The position numbers were made by a program, and so were the translations under genes. 64,000 nt of DNA. It comes from Ostrea edulis. Its lineage: Eukaryota. The notes below the pieces were generated by a model, which was not told the origin of the DNA, did no database searches, and worked only from the letters and a program-made list of their open reading frames with translations. This document shows, piece after piece, positions 50,500 through 63,900 of this stretch. Location of the stretch: positions 49,476,001 through 49,540,000 of the forward strand of contig NC_079171.1 of the NCBI RefSeq assembly GCF_947568905.1. The letters run 5' to 3'. Numbering within the stretch: the stretch's first letter is position 1; each line of letters opens with the position of its first letter.

Positions 50500-50950
50500 C
50501 GGGTATTTTGGCGCCCCCAGTTCCCAAATCGGTGCCTATACCCACCCTTTTGCGGTCACATCCTATTAGGGGGGTAATGGTTGTCCTAAAATACCCTATG
50601 GTCATCTGGGTGGCACAATTCCTAGTTTAGGTGCTAGGCGCCGTACATAGACCCCTATTGCATATATTCAAATAGGTAAAATAAGTTATATTTGGCGCCT
50701 CCGTGCCCCAAATCGGTGCCTATACCGATCCTTTTGAGATCAGATCCTATTAGGGGGGGGGGGGGGGCAATGCCCTAAAATGCACTGTGGTCACCTAAGT
50801 GGTATAGGTCTTAGTTTAGGCGCTAGGCGCCGTACCTAGACCACTATCGCATATAGTCAAATAGTGAAAATTAGGGTGTATTTGGCGCCCCCATGCTCCA
50901 AATCAGTGCCTATACTTACCCTTTTGAGGTCAGATTCTATTAGAGGGGTC
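50500..50950. repeat. ~185-190-bp tandem repeat, about 2.4 copies
   Basis: tttggcgcc...ccaaatcggtgcctatac recurs near 50507, 50691 and 50881. Confidence 0.88.
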
Positions 50951-53158
50951 ATACTTTTTGGTTACCCTGGATGCTAATCTACTAATCAAATTGAATTGGC
51001 CTGAGGACCAGTGCAAGTTGAAATAGGCTTCCAGCCAACAAATTCAACAGCAATTTGCCTTGAAAATTAGCAAGAAAGGTACACTATTTTCTAAGACAGA
51101 ATTTTTCATTTTAACACCAGAAATTCGTACATAAAATTCTTAGTATATTGAATAATTGTCTTTTTTTTCAATCGTTGAATATATAAAACATATTTAACAA
51201 GCACGTCATTTACATTTATTATGTCAAATTCCTTTGACCTCACAACTTTACAGTTTACAGAGAAAAGAACGTCTGCAAAATGTTGGACTTGGATATAATC
51301 AATAATGTATTTGTGAGCCCAGAGCAATGAATATATTGTGCAACATACTTAATTGTGAATATAATGTAAAACAAGTGCATGATTCACAACTCCTTTAAAG
51401 AATATGAAATAAAGAGTTGGACAAACACGGATGCCTGGCCATGCCAGTGGCGGGATCAGATGCCTAGGAAGATGAGGGGGTGGGATATGGGTAGTGCTTC
51501 ATCTCCTCTAGATCCTTTACTTTTATTATTTTAAAAATTGACACCAGGATTCTAGTGAAATGTTTATTTGGCTTTTTTTCCAAGCCATCTGGGGAGGGGG
51601 TGGGATCGGGTGTATTTGAATATGGAATTTTGGTAACAAATTTCCTGTTTCAAAGTAGGAGAGACAGCATAGAACACGGTTTCAATTATAGCCCCCCCCC
51701 CCCCCCCCCCCCCCCCCGACCTCCTCCTCTCCCTGATCTGCAAATGAAAATTAGATGGGGTAAAATACATGTACTATGTAAGATTTAAAGTATACACTCA
51801 TTATTTGATGAGAGCGACTACAGGATGATAAAGTAAGTTTCGATGTTGCCCATTCCACATTTCATCCGCTTTATGACATAGGCTTTTTGACAACTATCGA
51901 CCGATCTAATTTCAAATTCAAACATCTAACAACAATGGATTTTGATTCAAATAAGCATTTAAACTTACATACGCTTCAATTGTTTTCGCAAAACAAAAGG
52001 CACGAACGTTTCCATTGGGGCCATTTTCTCTGATGAGTAAATCGATCGGTAATTAAATTCCGCCATGCATATGCAGAAATGAGTGCTAAATGATTCGTAG
52101 ATTCTTTTGTATTTCTCTATTTATTATGATACTTGAGGTTACATGTAACATAGATGAACCAATGAATTGCATTAAATAATTCACAAGACGCAGACAGTAT
52201 TGTCTACATGTACAGGTAGATGTATACATGTGAGCGGTACCACATGTACCTAAATGCCGACAAATTGTTTAGTCCTGGGGTAAAGATATTTTTTCAATTA
52301 TTTATATTATTTACATTATCTCAGGATATAATACAAAAAATTTATTGGTACTCTCGCATGATAAAAAATCTGCAGGTTTTTTTTAGCCCTATGTTTGTTG
52401 TCGTTCAATATTTGGCTAAACTTTTTAAAAAAGTGGTGATACTCCGTCTTCCATCTCTATTTTGAATAGAATACACAGGTCTAGAAATGTATAATAACAT
52501 TTCTTCCGACCAGAATCCATATATGCGGTACCGTGACATTTGTGAAACTCTGTCAGCTGTCAACGTAAACATGGCGTCGAAAATCACGCGCTTATGTCGT
52601 TACCTCATGTTTGATAAAAACACGTCCTAACGGCATTCATACAATTTTATTTAATCAAAATAAGACCCCAACCATTATAATTTATGGTTGTGTATTTTTA
52701 AAATATGACTTTAGTCAAAGTTACAACCAAAGTATCTCACGACAATCAATACATAAGTACGTTAGTTCGAGTTGCGGAGTGACTTTAAAAAATCACAATT
52801 TAATCTAAACAATATCCTTGTACCAATGGACTTCGAAGTCTAGGTTTCGCTACTTTTAAGGAATTGATAATGACTCCGACATTGAAGCAAAGTGAAAAAG
52901 TCTTAAATACACATTTTATGCTAATTTACATTAATTATACCCACACTCTTTACTGGTATCTAGGATAAAATCAGAAGGAAACATCCATTTTCGTATCTTC
53001 TATCTACACAGAATGTTGATAAATTATGTAAAGTACCGATCTCCAATGTAACCTTTGCTAGTCCTTGAACCTCCTTAGTTTCATACGAAACTTCCTATCA
53101 ATAGCTTTAAATGTGATTCATTCAAAACAGCATTTTCTGAAAATCGTTGAAATCGCTT

Positions 53159-53557
53159 ATGCACATCTGGTGCATCAAAATTGGTACCCTATAAGTTTTA
53201 CATTATGACCCCTGGATCGAGGCCTCTGCTGGTTGACTGTTAGTCCCCGAGGGTCTCTAGAGCCCAGTAGCTAAGTACTTTGTTACTAGCTTAAGAATAC
53301 GGATGTATATTTAATTGCTGTTATAAAATTTAGAAATTCATTTCAAAATTAAGGATTATCTCCCTCATGCATAGCTCTTATCCTTGGACGAATTTGGCTC
53401 CACTTTTTGGTACGCTGGTTTTGGCTATATCTAGATCAAAAACCTCATAGTTATTTCGGATTTCAAACATTTCGGTTGAGCATCACTGAAGAGACATTAT
53501 TTGTCGAAATGCGCATCTGGTGCATCAAAATTGGTACCGTATAAGTTTTACATTATG
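53159..53557 (+). mobile_element. Second retrozyme-like locus (one full monomer, 350 nt between cleavage sites)
   Basis: Reverse-complement homolog of 11339-11800. Only the 3' remnant of the first hammerhead is present (ATGCACATC^TGGTGC at 53159-53173); a full hammerhead follows at 53480-53523. Confidence 0.85.
53480..53523 (+). ncRNA. Minimal type I hammerhead ribozyme
   Basis: gcatca ctgaaga gaca ttatt tgtc gaaa tgcgca tc^tggtgc; predicted cleavage after C53517. Confidence 0.9.
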
Positions 53558-54964
53558 CCATGTAGCATATGCACGGATGGTGTAAGCATCAATACATTTA
53601 CGATTTAATTGATTTAGTAAATTAAAATACTCAACTCATGGAGATTCAAATCGTGTAAAACAAAAAAGTAATTTAAACCTTAAAGCCAAATACAGTGCCC
53701 AAGATAAAGTGTGTTGTCCTGACAAACTATTCCCCCCACAACGGCATGTCTCAATTCACTCCGGAGGTATAAAATTGCCTGTTCTGACAGAAGAACGTTG
53801 CGGACAGGTAATATGGTACATTCCGAGTTTTGAATTACTTCGGATTTCCTTAAAAAGATATTTACTTTCGTATATATCCAATATCTGTATACATTGTAGT
53901 AGGAATATAAACACAGTAATTTTAATAATCAAAAATGTTTTCAGTGATGATTCTGATCCAAAATATTGTTTTGCTTGATAGCTATAAAAGTTACCATAGT
54001 ATATGAAATAGTGTTGCCTTGTTTGACTGTCATATAATATAAACTAATACCATCGACTAGTTGTATTCGGCGTGCCCACGCGTCATTCATGGTCATTGTT
54101 TTCCTATATAATTTGTTGGAGTTAATAAACACTCAAAGGAGGTTGATTGTCTTCACTTTTTTTCGATTGATCGCCTGTTTTTACGGAAATACCTCACGCA
54201 CATATGGAGCCCAATCAAACGTACGAGGAATGTTTCATCACTAAGCTATCGATACGCAATGTATATTTGCCCTAAAGTGTTTATATTCTTATGAGAAACC
54301 ACCGATTTAGGTGTGTGGATACAAGAAACAATGGTTTCCACTTTTATGATAAATAATTATTTGCTAAATATTGTTATACACATATAATTCATACTCAAAT
54401 TGTTAACAGAATTCTTTCGTCGGTATAATTACCTTAACTCTCGCCTGAGCCCAATTGAAATTTGACAGTAGCCCCCACCTTCGCTCCTTCAAAACTAATT
54501 CTTAAAACCTTATATCAAACTGAAACTGTGCATATACTCGACCCTAGCTGGTACGTATACATACATGTATGTACATATATTTTTTATGATACATTAAAGA
54601 TTATCAAACAATATTATTGTGTCTCTGATATGTATTGGTATGACTATCTCATTATCGGTGATTATCTTTATTCTTGCAAGTACAATCGTTGAAGTATCAA
54701 TTATGCATAACATAGACATTTTCAGAGTATATTTTTTGTATATTTACAATAAATGAGTCAGCTAAAAATGTGTAAATCCCAGAGGAGAAAGGTTCTGGAA
54801 AGGGGGGTGCATACCCAAAATTATCCCTATTTTGACACTACCGCGTGCGACTTCTGATAAAATATCGAGCCCGAGTACGTGATACATTTTCTTCAGAAAA
54901 ATTGTGACGCGCGGACGCGCCAAATACAACTAGTAATATCTTCGTTCTAGTAGCGATCACGATA

Positions 54965-55145
54965 ACTTATAGTAGATCGTTCGCTTCGTAACCGCGTCAG
55001 TTCGATCCCCGCCCGTGCCATGCCCGCGTCAGTTGAACCCAAGACATAAACATAAGTAATGATTACTCCTTTGCTAAACGCTCACCATTCTCCAGTTTTT
55101 CGAATCCGGCTTTAAGATATCCCAGTGTCGCGACAGGCGTTGTTA
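54965..55145 (+). mobile_element. tRNA-derived SINE fragment
   Basis: gtagatcgttcgcttcgtaacc...gttcgatccccgcc (B box); related to the 48758 copy. Confidence 0.65.
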
Positions 55146-55962
55146 ATTGATTGATTGTTGTTTTACACCGTTTTGGCAATATTGCAGCCATTTTACGACA
55201 GACGTTGGCACGTTAACCATTGCTTTATTTTTATAAATGCACAGTCATATATTACGGAAAGGAAGTTGGCAAATACAAAATACTACATAAACAACATACA
55301 CAGGAATATTTTATACTACAGAACTATCATGCTATGTACAAAGTGGAGAACACATGAACCATCACATCTAAGCGCTAAGCATAGGTTTAAACTTGTAACA
55401 CTGGTAATGCATTTCATTTTACCAAAGCAACTGTACTGAGGGAACCAATGAGATTGCTTTGAGGTCACGTGGTCATCAGTGCTTTGAGGTCCTTTTGTTG
55501 ACCAAGACACACATCTTCATCTCTGTGGAATTTTTTACTTTTTACCATTATTGTGTGACATTTTATGTCAAGAAGTTATTTAAAAACACCAGGATATATT
55601 GTGGAACAACTTTACTCTTGACACTTTTCTACAAATCGGCATATAGTCTGTTTATACAGAATGCCTTTCTCCGCAAGGCGGGATGATGCTGCGCCCAATT
55701 CTGGGTCTAGCTCTTCGAAATTGCCCAATTCTGGGTTAGAAAACACTGAGCCCAATTTTGGGACACAGCCGCAGTTGAAAACCAATTCTGGATCTGCGGA
55801 TACGCAAATAACAGAAATACAGAATTCGAAGACAAATGTCCGAGCATTGACGATTACGTAACAAAATCTGTAACACGATCTTCCACGCAGACACATCTGC
55901 AGTCGGGCTCAACATTCGCAGCGAGGACTTCCGGTCAAAATAAAAACAACTCTTCGGGAGAA

Positions 55963-56990
55963 ATGTCCTCAACAATGGAGACGTTTCTGATGAAAGAGAC
56001 AGAACTTATGCACCAAATGATGCTACACATGAATTATTTACCCAAAACAAACAAGCCAGCTGAAACTATAACCCGCCCAGTCGAAGACGACGAGGATCCC
56101 TCCCATACATTTTCTGAAGTTTCACGAGGAAATTCGGACGAAGAACAAGACGAAGATTGGACGAACGAGCTAGAGAAAATAACCAGCCCAATTGCTGATG
56201 ATATAATTGAAGAAAAGGATTCGGAAGATGTTCTTTCGTCAATGGAATTATTCTTCAAACAAGAAGAAAAATGTTCAGAGAAAATAGAAGATAGACTCGC
56301 AAAAATCGTCAACGAAAGTATGCGGACGTGCATCACAGAAACAAAAAAGAAAGAGTTATTGACTAAACATCTAAAACCAGAGAACTGCGAGAATATAACA
56401 GTTCCAAGAATAAACAAGAGCATTTGGTCAAGCTTATCCAGAGAAGCAAGGGACCAGGATTTGAAATTACAACACATTCAAAGCACCGTGTGCAAAACAT
56501 TCTATCCATTGACCCAATTAATGGACAAACTTTTAAAGGCACAAACCGGAAAACAAGGCCTTTCACAAACAGATGCAAATGACTGTTTTGCTCTGTGCAA
56601 TGACACATTTAAACTCTTGCAATTGGGGTTTTCAGAAATGTCAAAAAAGAAGAAGAATGGCTCTTCGACCAGAATTGTCTTTTGAATACAAGGCACTATG
56701 TTCATCTGAAATCCCTGTCACAGAATACTTGTTTGGAGATTATCTAAAAATCAAAGAAATCACAGATACAAAAAGAGTAAGCAGATAGATGACATAAAAA
56801 CACACCCAGTCACAGCGATACTCACCAATTCATTCAAACATCAGGAATCGCTACTCTCAGAACAGAGCAACTACAACAAGTCCCCATCATATGGACGATA
56901 TCCCTTGCACAACAACAGAAACAATAACAACAAGAACTCTTTTTTAGAAAAGCGCCTGCCTCCAAAGTTCAAGAGGAACAAACAGGACTA
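55963..56990 (+). pseudogene. DIRS ORF1 (gag-like), frameshifted
   Basis: ORF 55963-56685 (PENCENITVPRINKSIW...DLKLQHIQ) continues in a shifted frame (LCSSEIPVTEYLFGD). Confidence 0.8.
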
Positions 56991-57029
56991 GAAACGCAGC
57001 GGGACTCATTTGTAAGTAACTCACACAAT

Positions 57030-58992
57030 GAAGTCATGACAATGAAAAATACCCCGGAAAACTTGGTGGGGGGATATCTATGTATAAACACAACTGGTCA
57101 AGAATTACATCAGATTCATGGCTCTTACAACAAATCAATGGTTACAAAATTTAATTGTCCTATAAACCTTTTCAAAAATATGTTCCAAGAAACATAAACT
57201 TCACAACAGCTGAAAAAGTTGGTCTTGACACAGAACTATCAAAATTCCTTGACAAAAAGATAATACAGGAAATCACTACATATTGCACAGATCAATATAT
57301 ATCAACAATCTTCCCTCGAGAGAAAAAAAGATGGGTCACATAGACCAATTCTAAACTTGAAACAATTTAACGAAGATGTAGAACACATACACTTCAAAAT
57401 GGACACCTTGAAGTCAGCTATACATCTTATGAAACAAGATTGCTGGTTTGCCTCAATTGATCTGAAGGATGCATTTTACTCAGTGCCTGTTGCTTTCGAA
57501 GATAGGAAATACCTACGCTTCTTTTGGAATGACAAACTTTTTAAATTTACTTGTTTACCGATGGGTCCTACCACTTCCCCACGTGTATTTACAAAAATAA
57601 TGAAACCATCCTTTCATATTTACGCAAAATAGCGCACTCTATTTTGTCTTACATTGATGACAGTCTTTTACAAGGGGATACCTATGAAGCTTGTATTAAA
57701 AATATAACAGACATAGTGCAAGGTGAAGATAACGAACAGTGATCAATCTCATAACTCCTGCAAGCAATACAAAATAGATAGTTGGGCAAACACAGACCCC
57801 TGGGCACACCAAAGGTGGGATCAGGTGCCTAGGAGGAGTAAGCATCCCCTGTAATGGATAATTTGGGACTGACAATTCATCCAGAAAAATCCGTGTTCCT
57901 ACCTACTAGGAAAATTGAATTCTTGGGTTTTTTACTAGATTCAGAGAAAATGACTGTTTCAATTACACATGAAAAAGCTGACAAAATAGTGACCTTGTGT
58001 AACAAACTTCTTTCCAAATGTGAAATATCAATTCGCGAGTTTCCTCAAGTTATAGCAAAACTAGTGGCCTCGCAACCTGGTGTTCAATTTGCGCCTTTAT
58101 TTTTTAAAGATTTGGAGCATGAAAAAGAAGAGGCCCTTAGAATTGCAAAGGGCAATTATGATTCAAAAATAACCTTATCAAAGACAGCATCTGATTTTCT
58201 TCTATGGTGGATCGACAATCTTCACATCAGTTACAATCCTATCAAACAACCTGAACCAGACATGATTTTAGAAAGTGATAGTTCAGGATCAGGATGGGGG
58301 GATCAAAAGGTGATCAAAAGAATCGAGCAGGGGGACATTGGTCCTATGTTGAAAAACAAAATCATATCAACTATCTTGAACTTATGGCAGATTTTTTGAA
58401 CTTGAAGTGTTTTTGTTCGACTAAGGGAAATTGTCATATTAAACTGTGCATGGACAATTCAGTAGCGGTTGCATATTTATAAAATATGGGTGGCAAAATA
58501 TCAACTCTTCATGCATTAGCACGTGCGATCTGGCTTTGGTGTAAGCAAAGAAATATTTGGCTAACAGCTTGTCACCTTCCTGGAAGGGAAAACATTGAAG
58601 CTGACAAATTTTCAAGAAACTTATCTAAAGATATGGAGTGGATGTTAGACAATAATATATTTCAGAAAATATGTACATACTTCGGAACGCCTAACATTGA
58701 CCTATTCGCATCTAGAATAAATTCACAGTTAGCGGATTATGTCTCATATTTACCTGACCCTTCAGCCAAAGCTGTTGATGCATTCAGTTTTGTATGGAAA
58801 TATGATAAACTATATTACATGTTTCCTCCCTTCAGCATCCCGGGACAAACACTTAAAAAAATGGAAACGGACAGAGCCAGGGCAATATTGGTGGTACCAC
58901 TGTGGACAACAACACTGGTTTACAAAGCTACTTCAACTACTGACGCCCCCCCCCCCCCCCACTTCTCCTTCCCAGGACAAATCAACTGCTGA
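57030..58992 (+). pseudogene. DIRS RT, RNase H and Dam-like methyltransferase, disrupted
   Basis: RPILNLK..HFKMDT, ASIDLKDAFYSVP, SYIDD, SDSSGSGWG, HINYLEL, DNSVAVAY, IDLFASR...DAF...YMFPPF. Confidence 0.9.
57721..57852 (-). mobile_element. PLE 3' tip (~130 bp) inserted into the DIRS RT gene
   Basis: Reverse complement of the last ~130 nt of the PLE; it interrupts the RT frame between ...ITDIV and MDNLGLTIHPEKS. Confidence 0.9.
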
Positions 58993-59039
58993 AACTGCCA
59001 ATGTCACCAACAGAAAAACACCCTCTACCAAAAATGAGG

Positions 59040-60046
59040 CTTATTGCATGCAGAGTATCCGGGATGCCCTCCGACTGCGCCAAATACCGGAAAACATTGC
59101 AGAAGTGCTATTATCATCTTGGCGAGGATCAACGCAACAACAATATTGGACATATTTCCGGAAGTGGCTGCAGTTTTGTGAGAGACAATCATATAATCCA
59201 TATCAAGCATCTATAACACAAATTCTTGAATTTTTGTTGGAATTATATAATAGAGGATTAGGTTACAGTAGTATAAATACTGCAAAATCATGTATTTCTT
59301 CTATATGTGGAATTGTTAATACTGATCATGTTAATGGTAGTTTAGGAAACCATGTCTTGCTCCGAAGATTTATGAGAGGCATTTTCAATAAAAGACCATC
59401 ATTGCCAAAATGTAGTAATACGTGGGATGTATCTATTGTATTAGAATATTTGAAAACTCTTGTACCTGTACATATAATTACTCTCAAATTTCTTACTTTG
59501 AAACTTGTTACTTTATTAGCTTTACTAACAGGTCAAAGATGTCAATCATTACATTTGATTGATATAAGAAACATTATTGTGAAGGATTATTGTGTTAGAA
59601 TTCATTTCGGAGATCTGCTGAAGCAGTCAAAACCTGGACACCACATATCACCTATTGAACTTGCATGTTATAAGGATGACGAATCTTTATGTGTAGTTAG
59701 AACTTTGATTGAGTACTTAAATCGCACAAAAACATTGCGAAGGAATGGATCGCAATTATTCATCAGTACTATGTCTCCCTACCAAGAAGTTTCAAAGCAG
59801 ACTATTAGTAATTGGATTAAAACGGTTCTTCAAAAATCTGGTGTGGACACACGAACATTTACAGCTCACAGTACAAGATCAGCATCAGTGAGTGCAGCAA
59901 AGTCTGGAAAAGTTCCAATCCAAATGATCCTTAAAACTGCCGGATGGAAATCAGAATGTACAATTAGAAAATTCTATAACAAACCATGTGATAAAGACAA
60001 TATCAATATGGGTAATGTTATTATTAAAAAATGTTCAAAGTCCTAA
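59040..60046 (+). CDS. DIRS tyrosine recombinase (open frame)
   Basis: Open frame 58739-60046 with TGQRCQSL (R), HSTRSAS (HxxR), AGW and FY (catalytic Tyr). Confidence 0.9.
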
Positions 60047-60201
60047 GTAGGAATGCAATTTTGTGACAAACAGTACATGCTCATGTAAATATAGACTAGT
60101 ATCATATTTTAATTATTTCTTTGAGTTCCATCAGTTTGAATAAATATGAATTTCAAATCTTATTTATATTTTGGGAAAATCATTTGAAGCATTGTCTCTA
60201 A

Positions 60202-60323
60202 AATCTCATTGGTTCCCTCAGTACGGTTGATTTGGTAAAATTGTAAATTTAAATGAATATTACATGTAAGATGAAATTTGATTGTAATTTTACCAAATCA
60301 ACTTAGTACTGAGGGATCAAATG
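60202..60323 (+). repeat. DIRS internal complementary region (ICR)
   Basis: The 5' part is complementary to the left terminus (55417-55454); the remainder is complementary to the right terminus (to 60549). Confidence 0.9.
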
Positions 60324-60900
60324 CCAATCCCTTTATAAAGTAATTACCCACCCTTTTCTATTTGTACCTTATACCAAAACAGTATAAAATAATGGGCTTT
60401 ATTCTGATCAATACTTCAAATGAAATATCTGAAGGCTGATGACCACGTGACCTCAAAGCAATCTCATTGGATCCCTTAGTACTAAGTTGATTTGGTAAAA
60501 TTACAATCAAATTTCATCTTACATGTAATATTCATTTAATTTTACAATTATGCGCGAACATATTTCGACAGGATGTAAAACATATTAGTGCTATCCCTTT
60601 CGCTCAGTGGTAGAGCGTTCGCTTTATGATCTGAAAATCACGTGTTTGAGCCCTGCTCATAACATGGCCTCGTCAAACCTAACACGTAAAACATAGATCG
60701 TGATTTGTCCTACAACCCTCGGTATTTAGAGTGCTTTCGGGTATGACCTTAAACATAATGACGTGTCAATATTAGTGAATAATCTGAGACTGGACATAAA
60801 TAAGATTGAAAATGGGACAGACACGGGCCTAGGAAACTTCAATTGTTAGATTTTATGAGAGAGACACTATTTTAAAGAGTATATATTTCACTTTGGTAAA

Positions 60901-63900
60901 CACAGGCAAATGTGCCTCACGTGAATTTCACATGAATTTCACGTCAAAATTTCTATGTGAAATTCACGTTAAAAGAGCATCAAATGTGAATTCACACGGA
61001 AAAAAAAAATCACGTGAAAGTCACATAAAATTCACGTGAATTTCACGTGAAATCTTTAACATGAATTTCACATAAAATTCACGTGCATTTCACATAAACT
61101 TGATAACGTTAAATCATACATGGATATTTTGATACTCTGAATCTCGGGTTCAGATGAACACAAAAAGGTGTACAAATCTGCTGATAATTTAATTGATTGA
61201 ATTTGTTTTACATGGTTGTCTTCATTGTCTTTTTTTTTCTTTCTTTTAATCTCTGAAAAAGAAATATTTATGTATTAGAAGGACTGTTCAATATACAAAA
61301 GGAGTCATATTACGCCTTATGTACACATACTGTACTATGAATGTAATTGCATGTAGATGTAGCAGAAACGAAGGGAAAAAAGTTGCAAAATTATCAATAA
61401 TTTGTGTTTGAAAGAAACATAACCTTTTATATATCATCATACAGAATAGAATAGAATTATTATACAAGATACAGAAGGAAGTCATGGAATATGTTCTCAA
61501 ATTGCCATGTTCTAATCCAGAGGCGATTTGAAAATGACTTTGCATTCCTCATTATCTAGATTAAATCTATATAAATGCATTGCTTAAAATGAAACGATTG
61601 ACATTGATAGAGCGTTCAAGCTTACATTCTTCTCATTTAAAACTATTGTTAAAGGGGAACAACCAATAAATATACATTTTATTGGCATTACGATATATAA
61701 CAATCGATGGACATTGTTACACATCACACCCCCCCTCCCCTTCAACGTGCCTGATTTCGATGATGCCTCTATGAAGGTAATATAGAACGTTACTTAGAAC
61801 CCCTATTCAATATCTAAGTCGATTAAATTATAAAAATTATGTTCTGAATTACGATTACCATGTTCTCTGATGAATAAGGAAAGATTAACAAACCGTGTAG
61901 AGTTATGCGATTCTACGACACGTCCCCGAAGTGACTTCCGTATTTTCACTGTTGTACCTATTCGTTGACGTACCCCGTCTAAAGTAATTCTCATCAGTCT
62001 GGAATAAGCGGTTGCATTAGGAACTTTAGATCACATAAACTCCTTTTTCCTGATCAGGATATGGAGCTCACGGCGGGTGTGACCGGTCAACAGGGGATGC
62101 TTACTCCTCCTAGGCACCTGATCCCACCTCTGGTGTGTCCAGGGGTCCGTGTTTGCCCACCTATCTATTTTGTATTGCTTGTAGGAGTTGTGAGATTGAT
62201 CACTGTTCGTTATCTTCACCTTGTATGAATGTAATAAGCCTAATGGCTTGAATTTACATTGAACATTTATAAATTACAATGCTCAATCTCATCTTACCTG
62301 TAGAGTTTATATGTACTTTCACATTCGCTGTCTTGCATACGTCAGACGCGTCAGACGACTTACTCGAGTGTGACGTCACAGTCTTGTAAATATTACCGGA
62401 ATCTGACTGTAGTGTAAAGCTTTATAGATATTTTTTAAAAGTTATCTAAATATACATGGACAGTAATGTTAAAGATTGTTTATGTTTTTCGATTTCTTCC
62501 GAGTGCTAGAAATCTGTGTTTTCATTTTGATTGACGATCTACAAATTCGGGATAGTGAATACGGCTGATAGAAATTTTTTCATTTCTACATGCGTGTATC
62601 AGCAATTTCCAGTAGGTCTAACTTTATGCATACACCAGCTTCCAAGGTATCACACCGGTAATTATTCTCGATGTATCTAATAAGGAGGGGGGGGGGGGGG
62701 GGGGTACTTAAAATTGATGCCAAACAACCGACAGCGGAAAACAATGTCATGGCATTTTTCCCCACCTGCACAATACTACCCACAAATCACATGTATGTAA
62801 ACAGCCCAAGTGCTCCCCAACAAGTAGCCTGTTACTAACATCATAAAGCAGATAAAAAATTTAACTCATCTTCAGTAGTTTTACAAAACTGACAAAAACA
62901 ACAATCTTTTGGAATGCATGGTTTTGAATATTCACCAGTTTCAATTTCTAAAGGGTGGGCAAATATTCTTGGCTATTTAAAACGTACTACTCTCACAAAT
63001 GGAAATTTCAAATGGTCTTATTAGTTTTAATTCATAGTTCTTTCTGATTTTACTGTAAAATAGTAATTTTCCATGTTTAGAAAATTTCGTGGTTTTGAAG
63101 TTGCATATTCTAACTTTATCAATATAGTGATTCTTCAAGTAGTTGGAAAATATGCTTTCATAAATATCTATGATGATGGGAAATTTAATTTATATTTTAA
63201 TTCTTAAGAGAAAAAATAATGGGAAATGAGAGAAATCAGGTGTGGAGAGTACATGTAATCATACTGCATACAGAACTATAATGCAAGTTAATAATTTCGC
63301 AAACAAACGAGGAGAGGGAGGCATGAGCAGGATCTACTTTATTGGTCGTTTGCCTACATTTTATAAATGTACTCCAACTTTTGAATTGCCTAATCTCCAT
63401 ATCGTTTTATATTTTACCTTAATTTTATATATTTCTTCGCTTGAATATATTAAGAAGTGTGTATATTTCACTTTAATCGCTTTTCTTGTGAAATTTTTAA
63501 CGTGAATAGCTTTTCACGTGAAATTCGTGTGAAATTGTTCGTGTGAATTTCACAAGAAGAAATTTCACGTGAAATTCGTGTGAATATTTTCACGTGAATC
63601 AACGTTCGCATTATTTCCTTGCGAAAATCAAATCACATTAAAATTTTCGCAAGGAACTAATGTGAAAAGTGATATAATGCTTTTTACGTGAATTCATGTG
63701 AAAAATTTAACGTGAATTTCATGTGAATTGCTGTTCATGTGAAATTTATGGGAATATTTTAACGTGAATTTCACGTGAAAAGCGATTCACGTGAAATTCA
63801 TGTGGCCATATTAACGTGAATTTCACGTGAATAACTTTTCACGTGAAATTCACATGAAATTTACGTGAATTTCAGGTGAACAGCATTTCACGTGAACTTC

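Larger units (their letters stand above)
55417..60549 (+). mobile_element. DIRS-type tyrosine-recombinase retrotransposon, near complete
   Basis: Left ITR 55417-55479, right ITR from 60436 with extension to 60549, ICR 60202-60323; gag-like, RT/RH, MT and YR coding regions in between. Confidence 0.95.

Noticed and set aside
51682-51717. Long poly-C tract and the PPPP ORF (G-quadruplex potential)
   Set aside because: Simple homopolymer, common in this window; the ORF is a by-product.
56034-56705. Minus-strand ORFs overlapping DIRS ORF1
   Set aside because: Antisense shadows of the gag-like frame with no recognisable domain.
60436-60470. CTGATGA in the DIRS right ITR as a hammerhead core
   Set aside because: No stem II or GAAA follows.
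62063-62158. PLE 3' motif as an HDV-like ribozyme
   Set aside because: No P1.1 GG after P1 and no P2 partner after the P4-like hairpin; the topology does not fit. Kept only as an unclassified structure.
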